IMG/VR virus record: IMGVR_UViG_3300005077_000023
Span: 1-55,782 of that record
Source of the DNA: a virus
Lineage: Duplodnaviria; Caudoviricetes
DNA length: 55,782 nt
Reading direction: 5' to 3' (one strand)
Position numbers and translations under genes: made by a program. The notes beneath the pieces are model-generated. The model made no database searches, had not been told where the DNA came from, and worked only from the letters and a program-made list of their open reading frames with translations. This document shows positions 15,653-24,785 of this stretch, in pieces; position 1 is the stretch's first letter, and every line of letters starts with the position of its first letter.

Positions 15653-16750
15653 ATGTTAGATTTTTTATTTACAAAAATTATAAATACTATTGATGATTTA
15701 GTTTTAATATTAAATGATAATATAATTATTGAAGCTAACAATAAATCATTATCTGAATTTGGATCAAATATAATAAATAGTCCAATATCAGAATTGATAC
15801 CAGATAATTTAGATTCTTTTTTAGAATTTATATCTGGAAATGAAACTTCAAAAAATTTTATATTCAATAATAAAAAAATATATTCTTGTAAATTCATTAC
15901 ACATGTAGAATTTATAATATTATTTTGCTCTGATATTGAAAAATATTATTTATTAAATGAACAAAATAATATAAATAAATATAAATTTGATGTATTATTT
16001 AATAATGAATCAATAGGAAATGCAATATTAGATTTAGATATGTCTTTTATAGAACTTAATTCAAAAATATCAATTTTATTAGGATATGAATTTGGAGAAT
16101 TAAACTCTATGAATTTAAAAAATATAATTTATAAATCTGATATAGATTTATATAATGAAATATTAAATAAAATAAAATCAAAAAATAATTATTATGGAGA
16201 AATAAGATTAGTTAAAAAAAGTGGATTATACATATGGACATTAATAACAATATCTTCATATAATTATAAAAACAATACAATATATTATATATTAAATATA
16301 CAAGATATATCTGAACAAAAATATTATCAAGAAAAAATTCAAAAAACCGAAGAAAGATATAGAGCATTGATTCATAAATCGTTTCATGCTATTGTATATA
16401 AAAAATTAATATATGATAAATCAGGAAATATAATAGATTATATTATAATAGATGCTAATCCAACATTTGAACGAGTAACAGGATTTAAATTAAATGAAAT
16501 TATTGGACGACCAATGAAAATGAAAGCCGCAATACATTTTAATGTATCCGATGATGAAAATAATTTAAGATTACAACGATATGATAGAATTTTAAAAGAT
16601 AATCAAGATATTCATTATAAATCTCAACCATCAAGAACATTTAAATATCCAATTGATGTATATTATTATATTTTAAATAAAGATGAAAATATAATAGCAG
16701 TAGTCTTTGGAGATGAACAAAACGATAGAGAAATTATACTAAATTTATAA
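15653..16750 (+). CDS. Multi-PAS domain protein with no recognisable output domain
   Basis: PAS/PAC signatures: LLGYEFGEL, EIRLVKKSGLYIW...IQDISEQK, EERYRALI, DANPTFERVTG....IIGR. Confidence 0.75.
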   Translation: MLDFLFTKIINTIDDLVLILNDNIIIEANNKSLSEFGSNIINSPISELIPDNLDSFLEFISGNETSKNFIFNNKKIYSCKFITHVEFIILFCSDIEKYYLLNEQNNINKYKFDVLFNNESIGNAILDLDMSFIELNSKISILLGYEFGELNSMNLKNIIYKSDIDLYNEILNKIKSKNNYYGEIRLVKKSGLYIWTLITISSYNYKNNTIYYILNIQDISEQKYYQEKIQKTEERYRALIHKSFHAIVYKKLIYDKSGNIIDYIIIDANPTFERVTGFKLNEIIGRPMKMKAAIHFNVSDDENNLRLQRYDRILKDNQDIHYKSQPSRTFKYPIDVYYYILNKDENIIAVVFGDEQNDREIILNL

Positions 16751-16751
16751 T

Positions 16752-16830
16752 ATATGTCATAATGACATATTATATAAAATTTCATAAATATATAATTTTA
16801 TTATATTTATATATTGGCATAATAATTGTA
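16752..16830 (+). promoter_or_regulatory. Palindrome plus sigma54-like element upstream of Hsp20
   Basis: ATATGTCAT-A-ATGACATAT (16752-16770) and TTGGCATAATAATTGTA (GG-N10-GT, 16814-16830). Confidence 0.4.
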
Positions 16831-16884
16831 ATATAATATACAAATAATTTAAAACTATACATATTATATTAAGGAGAAAGTATT

Positions 16885-17271
16885 ATGCTTATTAGATCAC
16901 CATTTAAAACTGTTAATTATGTAGAAGATATTATTGATGCCATTTTTGATAAAAATGATAAATATAACATAATTAAAAATGAAGATGATTCAGTAGAAAT
17001 ACAAATACAAGTTGCTGGATTTAAAAAAGAAGATATAAAAGTAAAATATACTGATGGATATTTAAATATATCTTCAGAAAATGAAATTGATGATGGGAAC
17101 AAAAATAAAAAATATATGTATAAACAACTATATAAAGAAAAAGTAAATTATAGTTTTTATATTGGAAATGATTTAACTGAAGATAACATAAATGCACGAA
17201 TTGAAAATGGATATTTATATATAAAAATATCATTTCCAAAAAGCATTTCTAAGGATATAATAATTGCTTGA
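16885..17271 (+). CDS. Small heat shock protein (Hsp20/alpha-crystallin)
   Basis: YNII...VAGFKKEDIKV...L.I...I.ARIENGYLYI; AAGGAG RBS. Confidence 0.9.
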   Translation: MLIRSPFKTVNYVEDIIDAIFDKNDKYNIIKNEDDSVEIQIQVAGFKKEDIKVKYTDGYLNISSENEIDDGNKNKKYMYKQLYKEKVNYSFYIGNDLTEDNINARIENGYLYIKISFPKSISKDIIIA

Positions 17272-17461
17272 AATAATTAATTTTAATAATAAAAAATATA
17301 TAATTAAAGATATTATAAAAGAAGAATTAATTAATACAGATAATATAGAAATCATAAAATTAACACGTATGTCAAATTTAATATTGAAAAAAGATGGATT
17401 AATGTATTTTGTAGAAGAAATAATTGATATTGATTTTGAAGATATAATAAATAAAATTTAA
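17264..17461 (+). CDS. Hypothetical protein
   Basis: 65 aa ORF coupled to Hsp20. Confidence 0.5.
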   Translation: MLEIINFNNKKYIIKDIIKEELINTDNIEIIKLTRMSNLILKKDGLMYFVEEIIDIDFEDIINKI

Positions 17462-17480
17462 AAAATAATTAAAAAAACTA

Positions 17481-17509
17481 TTGACAATGATATTTTTAAT
17501 TAGTATATT
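17481..17509 (+). promoter_or_regulatory. Sigma70 promoter for tmRNA-tRNA-Ro60
   Basis: TTGACA-N17-TATATT, 11 nt upstream of the tmRNA. Confidence 0.8.
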
Positions 17510-17520
17510 ATATAAGATTT

Positions 17521-17823
17521 GGGGACGATCTGGATTCGACATTCAGATCAGAGATATTGAAATCAATCAAACTTGCAGTGATGCAAAAAGAATAAATAAC
17601 ACTTATAGATTAGTTGCTTAATTATATTAAGCTATTACTCCATGATGTTAAATAGTGGAAGTAATATCGTATTTAACAAAAAAATGGTCTCAATCCATTC
17701 AAAATGAGTTTTAAATAGTTTTTTTTATTTAACATTTAAGTAAAAAGTAAATAAAATATGATTGTAAAAAATTTCAGTATTTAAACTGGATGGACATGGG
17801 TTCAAATCCCATCGTCTCCACTA
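17521..17823 (+). ncRNA. ssrA: tmRNA
   Basis: 5' GGGGACGATCTGGATTCGAC and 3' GGACATGGGTTCAAATCCCATCGTCTCCA (alanyl acceptor with G3:U); internal tag frame ...AKRINNTYRLVA* ending at 17621. Confidence 0.92.
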
Positions 17824-17824
17824 T

Positions 17825-17899
17825 TGCGGGATGGACTGGAGGTGGTTCCAGCTTGGTCTCATAAGCCAAATCACATGGGTTCGACTCCCATTCCCGCAA
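17825..17899 (+). tRNA. tRNA-Met(CAU), initiator-like body
   Basis: TGCGGGA/TCCCGCA; TTGGT-CTCATAA-GCCAA. Confidence 0.88.
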
Positions 17900-17953
17900 C
17901 TTTAAATAATTGTAGTTATGGTTAAAATTAATCTCTTAACAATGGAGGTCGTC

Positions 17954-19534
17954 ATGCAAAAATATCAACATTCAGTAAATAGTCCACAAACTGAACCAAT
18001 AATTGGAAAAGAATCCTTAATGGAAAAAAATTATGCTGGAGGATATGTTTTTAAATTGGATGATTTAAAAACATTAGATAGATTTTTAATTCTTGGATCA
18101 GATTCGCCTACTTATTATGCATCTGCTCGTAAACTTACAAAAGAACATTTGAAAAATATTATGAATTTAATAAATACAAATGGTAAAGCTGTAATTGATC
18201 GAGTAGTCGAAATATCTCATAGTGGACGTGCTCCACATAATGATCCTGCATTATTCGTATTAGCGGCAACAACAATAAGTAATGATCCTAATGTCAGAAA
18301 ATATGCTTTTGAAAAATTACCGTTAGTAGCAAGAATTGGAACACATTTATTTCATTTTGTAGAATATGTAAAAGCATTTCGTGGATGGGGAAGATCATTA
18401 CGAAAAGGAGTATCACATTGGTATTTAACAAATAAAAATTTACCATTACAATTAGTTAAATATCAATCAAGAGATGGAATGTCACATCAAGTTCTTATAC
18501 GTTTGTCACATCCAAAAACAGATGATCCAATTATAAATAAAATGTTTAATTGGTCAGTTAATGGAGTTTATGATATTAATGAAGTTAGTGATATTCCATT
18601 GATTTATGGATTTGAATTAATTAAAAAAGCAACTAATGAAGATGAAGTTGTTAAATTAATTAAAAAATATAATTTGCCACGAGAAGCAGTTCCTACACAA
18701 TTCATGGGAAATAAAGTATGGACTGCATTATTTCCAAATTTAAATATTGAAGCATTAGTACGAAATTTAGGAAATTTATCTCGACATGGTGTATTAACTG
18801 ATGGAAATTTTAATAATATTAATTTTGTAGTTGAAAAATTACATAATGTAGATATAATTCAAAAATCCAGAATGCATCCTCTTCAATTTATGACTGCTTT
18901 ATCAACTTATAAATCTGGACGAGGATTAAAAGGATCAGGAACATGGTATCCAATTCCAAATATTGTTTCTGCATTAGAAGATGCATTTTATTTATCATTT
19001 AAAAATGTTATTCCTTCTAATAAAAAAATACTTTTAGCATTAGATGTATCTGGTTCAATGAGTGTAGAAATTAATAATCTTGGAATTAGTGCAAGAGAAG
19101 CCACTGCAATATTAGCAATGGTAACAATGAGAACTGAACCTAATTGGTCTATTGTAGGATTTACTCATCAATTATCTAAATTAAATATTGATAAAAATAT
19201 GACATTAAATGAGGTAGTTAGAAAAATTTCTGGTCTTTCTTTTGGAAGTACAGATTGTTCATTACCAATGTTATATGCAAAAGATAAAAATTTAGATTAT
19301 GATGCAATAGTTATTTATACAGACAATGAAACATATTTTGGAAATACACATCCATCTATTGCATTGGCAAAATATAGAAAATTTATTAAACATGATGTTA
19401 AATTAGTTGTAGTTGGTATGACATCAACTCAATTTTCTATAGCTGATCCAACAGATAATGGAATGTTAGATGTAGTTGGATTTGATAGTAATTCTCCATC
19501 AATTATATCTGATTTCATTTCTGATAAAATATAA
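17954..19534 (+). CDS. Ro60/Rsr-family TROVE + vWA RNA-binding protein
   Basis: NYAGGYVF...LDRFLILGS..PTYYAS; HLFHF...RGWGRSLRKGVSHWY; LVKYQSRDG.SH..L.RLSHP; vWA ALDVSGSM, TDCSLPM, YTDNET, GMLDVVGFD. Start taken at the ATG after GGAGG. Confidence 0.95.
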   Translation: MQKYQHSVNSPQTEPIIGKESLMEKNYAGGYVFKLDDLKTLDRFLILGSDSPTYYASARKLTKEHLKNIMNLINTNGKAVIDRVVEISHSGRAPHNDPALFVLAATTISNDPNVRKYAFEKLPLVARIGTHLFHFVEYVKAFRGWGRSLRKGVSHWYLTNKNLPLQLVKYQSRDGMSHQVLIRLSHPKTDDPIINKMFNWSVNGVYDINEVSDIPLIYGFELIKKATNEDEVVKLIKKYNLPREAVPTQFMGNKVWTALFPNLNIEALVRNLGNLSRHGVLTDGNFNNINFVVEKLHNVDIIQKSRMHPLQFMTALSTYKSGRGLKGSGTWYPIPNIVSALEDAFYLSFKNVIPSNKKILLALDVSGSMSVEINNLGISAREATAILAMVTMRTEPNWSIVGFTHQLSKLNIDKNMTLNEVVRKISGLSFGSTDCSLPMLYAKDKNLDYDAIVIYTDNETYFGNTHPSIALAKYRKFIKHDVKLVVVGMTSTQFSIADPTDNGMLDVVGFDSNSPSIISDFISDKI

Positions 19535-19537
19535 CAT

Positions 19538-19622
19538 AAAAATCTTCATTTCATATATTTATATAAATAAGATAAAAATATTAATAAATCTTATTAAAAT
19601 AAACTGAAATGAAGATTTTTTT
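19538..19622 (+). terminator. Long hairpin after Ro60 (terminator or small RNA)
   Basis: AAAAATCTTCATTTCA ... TGAAATGAAGATTTTT(TT) with an inner AATAAGAT/ATCTTATT stem. Confidence 0.5.
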
Positions 19623-19637
19623 ATTTTTAAGGATTAA

Positions 19638-20078
19638 ATGGCAAGAACAATATATCATCTTTTATTTTATACAAACGGTGTTTTATTTTTTTTGGATAAA
19701 ATTAGAATTAATGAAGTAATTTACACACATAAAGCAGTGGGTTTTATTTTAAATAGTAAATCAAATTCTTTTGATGATACTTCATATCCAAAAAAATCAA
19801 TTATATGGATTCCAAATAATTTTATAAAATTTAAAAAAGAAGAATTTGCTGAATTTTTAATTGAAATGAAAATGAATTTTAATATATATAATACTGCAAA
19901 TTTTTATCCACAATATTGTTGTATAATAGCAATAAAATCTGGAAAAAGATATGGTAAAGCTATAATTAATAATTATTATGATGAAAATATAATCAAGAAA
20001 TATATTCCAAATTGGATAAAAATAGAAAAAAATTTAAATAATGAGGATTTTGAAAAAATGGTTGAACAATTAATATAA
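19638..20078 (+). CDS. Hypothetical protein
   Basis: 146 aa, AAGGA RBS. Confidence 0.6.
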   Translation: MARTIYHLLFYTNGVLFFLDKIRINEVIYTHKAVGFILNSKSNSFDDTSYPKKSIIWIPNNFIKFKKEEFAEFLIEMKMNFNIYNTANFYPQYCCIIAIKSGKRYGKAIINNYYDENIIKKYIPNWIKIEKNLNNEDFEKMVEQLI

Positions 20079-20090
20079 CAGGAGACTTAT

Positions 20091-20276
20091 ATGATTTATA
20101 AAAAACAAATTATAGATTCTATTGATACTGCAATGGATCGTGTAGAATTAATACAAGATTCATTAAGTAAAAATAAACTTACTAAAGAGCAATTAGAAAC
20201 ATCATTAACTAATATAGCTCAAGTATTGGAGCAAGCAAATTCTTTAATTAAAAGAGAATCAGATGGAAATAACTAA
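20091..20276 (+). CDS. Hypothetical coiled-coil protein
   Basis: 61 aa, AGGAG RBS. Confidence 0.6.
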   Translation: MIYKKQIIDSIDTAMDRVELIQDSLSKNKLTKEQLETSLTNIAQVLEQANSLIKRESDGNN

Positions 20277-21252
20277 ATATATCAAATATATTCATAGATG
20301 GACAATTGTATTAACTATTGGATGGTTAGTAACAACATATGAACATAATTTTTATACTTTACAAAAATTTACAAATCATTTTACCATAGAATTAATTAAT
20401 TGGAATATGGATTGGTTAACAATATCCAGTGCGGCATTATTAGTAGCAACATTAGATTTATCTATTTTTTTCGGAGTTATATTAATTCCATATTTTAAAC
20501 AATGGAATTTAAGTATAACTCCTGTAAAATGGGTATTATCAAGCTCTACAATTATATCAGTTGCATTAAATATTAAATATATGTTTGATGCGGCAATGAA
20601 TCAAAAAATGGAAGGAAATCAAGTATTTAATTTTATAACTGCATTTATTATTGGATTATTAATTCCATTAATGGTTGTTTTCTTTGGATGGATCGAAGGT
20701 AATGTAATGTCACACATGAAAAAAATAGAAGAACAAAATAAAAATAATAAAGACGATAAATTAAAAGAAAATAATCAAATTTCAGAATTAACTACGTCCA
20801 ATTTAGTAGTAGAAAATAAATTACCAATTAAAAATGAAAATTCAATAAATAAATATCAATACATAGATAAAAAACCTAATATTATTAATGTAAAAAATGA
20901 AGATGAAGAATTAGTAACCAATGCTAATACTATTAAATTTGCAGAAAATGAAGATGAAGAATTAGTAACCAATGCTAATACTATTAAATTTGCAGAAAAT
21001 GAAAATGAAGAATTAATAACCAATGCTAATACTATTAAATTTGCAGAAAATGAAAATGAAAAACCAATAATTAATATTATTAATGAAAATAAAAACGAAA
21101 AACCAGTAATTACTAATATTAATAAAAATGAAGATGAAATAGATGAAACTTTAATTAAAGAAGCATATGAAAATGCAGTAAGAAAGGAAGCAAAAAATAA
21201 ATTAGGAACAACAAGAATTGAATATGAAGGAGGAAATATAAATACAATATAA
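20263..21252 (+). CDS. Membrane protein with an acidic repetitive C-terminal tail
   Basis: About 4 hydrophobic segments followed by ENEDEELVTNANTIKFA repeats. Confidence 0.65.
   Translation: MEITKYIKYIHRWTIVLTIGWLVTTYEHNFYTLQKFTNHFTIELINWNMDWLTISSAALLVATLDLSIFFGVILIPYFKQWNLSITPVKWVLSSSTIISVALNIKYMFDAAMNQKMEGNQVFNFITAFIIGLLIPLMVVFFGWIEGNVMSHMKKIEEQNKNNKDDKLKENNQISELTTSNLVVENKLPIKNENSINKYQYIDKKPNIINVKNEDEELVTNANTIKFAENEDEELVTNANTIKFAENENEELITNANTIKFAENENEKPIINIINENKNEKPVITNINKNEDEIDETLIKEAYENAVRKEAKNKLGTTRIEYEGGNINTI
20894..21060 (+). repeat. 51-bp in-frame tandem repeat (3 full copies plus a partial)
   Basis: AAAATGAAGATGAAGAATTAGTAACCAATGCTAATACTATTAAATTTGCAG units at 20894, 20945 and 20996. 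Confidence 0.9.
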
Positions 21253-21378
21253 AATAAAATAACTATCTAATTCATTTTACAAGAGTCATTTGACTTTAGA
21301 ATATTATATAATATAATATAAATTGTAAAGTGTTTTAATTAAACAACAAAATGTTAAATTAATTTAGGAGAAATTACT

Positions 21379-22125
21379 ATGTATACTAATAATTTTCGTA
21401 TTCAACATTTACCACACTATTCTACAAATTCAATTGATTTTTTTATTACTAAAAATAAAAATAGATTAAAAATATATAATAATAATACTATTTTTTTAAA
21501 TGATAATGATACATTTGAATTGGAGTTAAATAATAAATCATCGGATAATTATTTAATTAAAATATTATTAAATGGAAAATTAATATCAAATATTGGAATT
21601 GTAATTCGAGCAGGAGAACATATATATCTTGATACTGTCGATTTTGAAAAAAATAATAAACAAAAATTAAAATTTTCTACATATACAATTCCGAATGAAA
21701 ATAAAAATTATATTAAAGATAACGGATTAGTTGAAATATTATGTTATAAACAAAAACAAACAATAAATATACAACCATATTCTTATCCATATGATTTTAT
21801 ATGTTATGATACAATAAATACATCTAATATTAAAAGTAGTTCATCTACTAAAAATAATTTATTTAGTAATAATTCAACAATGTATTATACTGAAACTGGA
21901 CAAATAGAAAGAAGTGAAAAAAAATCAAAACAAAATTTTAATTCTGTTAATATGAAATTTGAATCATTATGTGAATTTAAAATTTCATATAAAATATTAC
22001 CATATTCACAAAAAAAATATATATTTAAAAATGATAATGATTTAAAAATATATTGTTCTAATTGCGGAAGAAGAATAAGAAAAAATGAAAATTTTTGCCC
22101 ATCTTGTGGTAAAAAAAATGAATAA
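21379..22125 (+). CDS. Hypothetical protein with a C-terminal zinc ribbon
   Basis: YCSNCG...FCPSCG; AGGAG RBS. Confidence 0.7.
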   Translation: MYTNNFRIQHLPHYSTNSIDFFITKNKNRLKIYNNNTIFLNDNDTFELELNNKSSDNYLIKILLNGKLISNIGIVIRAGEHIYLDTVDFEKNNKQKLKFSTYTIPNENKNYIKDNGLVEILCYKQKQTINIQPYSYPYDFICYDTINTSNIKSSSSTKNNLFSNNSTMYYTETGQIERSEKKSKQNFNSVNMKFESLCEFKISYKILPYSQKKYIFKNDNDLKIYCSNCGRRIRKNENFCPSCGKKNE

Positions 22126-22151
22126 ATAATTTACTTTATATTTATTAATGG

Positions 22152-22178
22152 AAGGCGATTATTAATATCGCCTTTTTT
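22152..22178 (+). terminator. Intrinsic terminator
   Basis: AAGGCGAT-TATTAAT-ATCGCCTT-TTTT. Confidence 0.75.
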
Positions 22179-22198
22179 ATTAATAAAAGGAAAATTTA

Positions 22199-24094
22199 AT
22201 GAATTTAGATAATCATCATACAGTACAATTTACAAAATTATTATTAAAATTCTCTAAAACAATATCAGAAATTTCTGATAATGATCTTATTATATTTAAA
22301 CATTTATTATCTAAAAAAATACAATCATTTCAGGTTATAAAATTGTTAGATGATATTATTATAAAATATAAAGATGTGTTAAAAAATAAATATAATATTG
22401 AATATATAACATTACAAGAAATTAATAAAGAAATAACAAAAGATAAAAAAACATTTGATAATGCAATTATTAGTATAAATAATAATATATTAGAAATAAA
22501 ACTTCCCTGGTTAACAAAAGAATTATCTGATCAAATATCAAATTTTTTATTAGAAAATAATTTTTTATATGATGAAAAAGTTTGGTATTGTGTTAATTAT
22601 AATGAAACAATATTTGATAAAATAGAAAATAATGAAATTTTTAATAAAATAGGTTTTAATAAATTTAATGATTTATATAAAAAAGAAATTATTGAAAAAA
22701 TAAAACAAAATAAAGATGAACAAAAAAAATTATTTGAATTATCTGCAAAATCAAATACAAATATTACATTTAATGGTAATTTAAATAATTTATATCCATA
22801 TCAAAAAGTAGTAGTAGAATATAGCTTACATAGAAAATCAATATTAATTGCAGATCAAATGGGACTTGGTAAATCTGCTTCTGCTTTAGCTATTGCAGAG
22901 TATCATAATTTATATCCAGTAGTATGTATAGTTCCAGCAAATATTAAATATAATTGGATTAAAGAAATAAATAAATGGATTCCTCATCGAAAAGCAACAA
23001 TAATTGATTCAGATGTTATTGAAGATTCAGAAATTTATATAATTAGTTATAATATGATTGTTAATTTAGGAATTCGTTTAAGAATGCGAAAACCAAAATT
23101 ATTAATCTGTGATGAAAGTCATTATTTAAAAACTCCAAATAGTCAAAGAACTATATTTACATTAAAATATTTTAATTCAGTTCCATATAAAATATTAACA
23201 ACAGGAACTCCTATATTAAATAGAACAATTGAATTAATTCCACAATTAAGATTATTAGATACTTTAAAATATTTTGGTGGAGAAGATAAATTTAAAAATC
23301 AATATACAATTAAAGATGGATTTAATTATAAATCAAAAAATGAAGAATTATTACAAGCAGAATTAAGAAAAATATGTATGATTCGAAGAATGAAAAAAGA
23401 TGTTGCAAAAGATTTACCTGAAAAAATTAAACAATATATACCAATTCCAATGAATCGAATGGAATATGATCAAGTAGAATTAAATACTATGGAATGGTAT
23501 GAAAAAAAATTACAAAATGATGGTTTATCAGAACATGAAATATCCAATAAAATAATATCGTTAAATGAATTAACTAAAATTGAATATTTAAGACAAGTAG
23601 CCGCAAAATCAAAATTACATTCTGTATATGAATGGATAGATAATGCATTAGAACAAACAAATAAAATATTAATATTTGCACATCATAGAGAAATATTAGA
23701 AAATATACACAATCATTATAAACAAAATTCAATATTATTTTATGGTGGAATGAGTAATAAAATAAAACAATCAGTAGATGATTTTGTAAATAATGATAAT
23801 ATAAATTTATTTATTGGATCAATTCAAGCATCTGGAATAGGTATAGATGGATTACAAAATATTTGTGATATTGCAGTATTTATTGAATTAGCATGGACTC
23901 CTGCAATGATGGATCAATGTGAAGATAGATTACATCGAATAGGACAAAAAAATCCAGTTAATATATATTATTTAATTGCAGAAAATTCAATTGAAGAATA
24001 TATTTATAATATAGTAATAGAAAAAAAACAAATGTTTGAAAAATCTACTAATATTATGGAACTTTTTAAGTGGATTAAGAATAAAACAAAATAG
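22199..24094 (+). CDS. SNF2-family (SMARCAL1/HARP-like) helicase/annealing ATPase
   Basis: LYPYQ, ADQMGLGKS, DESH, TGTPILNR, RRMKKDV, QCEDRLHRIGQ. Confidence 0.9.
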   Translation: MNLDNHHTVQFTKLLLKFSKTISEISDNDLIIFKHLLSKKIQSFQVIKLLDDIIIKYKDVLKNKYNIEYITLQEINKEITKDKKTFDNAIISINNNILEIKLPWLTKELSDQISNFLLENNFLYDEKVWYCVNYNETIFDKIENNEIFNKIGFNKFNDLYKKEIIEKIKQNKDEQKKLFELSAKSNTNITFNGNLNNLYPYQKVVVEYSLHRKSILIADQMGLGKSASALAIAEYHNLYPVVCIVPANIKYNWIKEINKWIPHRKATIIDSDVIEDSEIYIISYNMIVNLGIRLRMRKPKLLICDESHYLKTPNSQRTIFTLKYFNSVPYKILTTGTPILNRTIELIPQLRLLDTLKYFGGEDKFKNQYTIKDGFNYKSKNEELLQAELRKICMIRRMKKDVAKDLPEKIKQYIPIPMNRMEYDQVELNTMEWYEKKLQNDGLSEHEISNKIISLNELTKIEYLRQVAAKSKLHSVYEWIDNALEQTNKILIFAHHREILENIHNHYKQNSILFYGGMSNKIKQSVDDFVNNDNINLFIGSIQASGIGIDGLQNICDIAVFIELAWTPAMMDQCEDRLHRIGQKNPVNIYYLIAENSIEEYIYNIVIEKKQMFEKSTNIMELFKWIKNKTK

Positions 24095-24113
24095 ATAAAT
24101 ATGGAGAATTTAT

Positions 24114-24581
24114 ATGGAAAATGAAAACATAGTTGTTAATGAAGAACAACCAAAAAAATCAAGAATTTCAAAAGTTTCAACACTTGTTGAAAATGAAACT
24201 GAAAAATTATCAAATATTGAAAAATCACCAAAAATAACTGGTCAAAAAGCAAATATATTAGCATCAATATATAGTTTAAATGGTATAATAATATCTATAT
24301 TAGGAATTTCAGATAGATCATCATGGGTTATACATAAATTACAAAAAGAAAAATTAAATGATGCAGATTTATATAAATTAATTTCTACATTAAATAATCG
24401 TGATCCATTTAGAAAACAAACTGAATATAAATCAACTATAGATGAAGCTATGAATCAAAATTCAACATTTATAACTTTGCCTGAAAAACGAGCAAATGAA
24501 TTAATTAATATCGGAGATTTACATCACGATATAATTAATATGGAAGTTGAATTATTTATTAAATTAACAGTTGACAAATAA
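24114..24581 (+). CDS. Hypothetical protein
   Basis: 155 aa, GGAG RBS. Confidence 0.65.
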   Translation: MENENIVVNEEQPKKSRISKVSTLVENETEKLSNIEKSPKITGQKANILASIYSLNGIIISILGISDRSSWVIHKLQKEKLNDADLYKLISTLNNRDPFRKQTEYKSTIDEAMNQNSTFITLPEKRANELINIGDLHHDIINMEVELFIKLTVDK

Positions 24582-24599
24582 ATAAAAATTTAGTATATT
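24571..24599 (+). promoter_or_regulatory. Sigma70 promoter for the tRNA-Arg pair
   Basis: TTGACA-N17-TATATT. Confidence 0.75.
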
Positions 24600-24612
24600 T
24601 ATTATATATAAT

Positions 24613-24686
24613 ACTCCCATAGCTCAATTGGATAGAGCAACAGACTTCTAATCTGTAGGTTAAGAGTTCGAATCTCTTTGGGAGTA
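24613..24686 (+). tRNA. tRNA-Arg(UCU)
   Basis: ACTCCCA/TGGGAGT; ACAGA-CTTCTAA-TCTGT. Confidence 0.95.
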
Positions 24687-24691
24687 CATAA

Positions 24692-24764
24692 ATTCTCGTA
24701 ATTCAACTGGATAGAATATTGGACTACGAATCTAAAAATAAGAGTTCGAATCTCTTCGAGAATA
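24692..24764 (+). tRNA. tRNA-Arg(ACG)
   Basis: ATTCTCG/CGAGAAT; TTGGA-CTACGAA-TCTAA. Confidence 0.92.
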
Positions 24765-24785
24765 CTAAGGAATATAAAAAATATT

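Noticed and set aside
17918-17953. Upstream start codon of Ro60 given in the ORF track
   Set aside because: The ATG at 17954 has a well-spaced GGAGG RBS, whereas 17918 has none
20894-21060. 51-bp repeats as a CRISPR array or regulatory repeats
   Set aside because: They are head-to-tail with no spacers and in frame within a CDS
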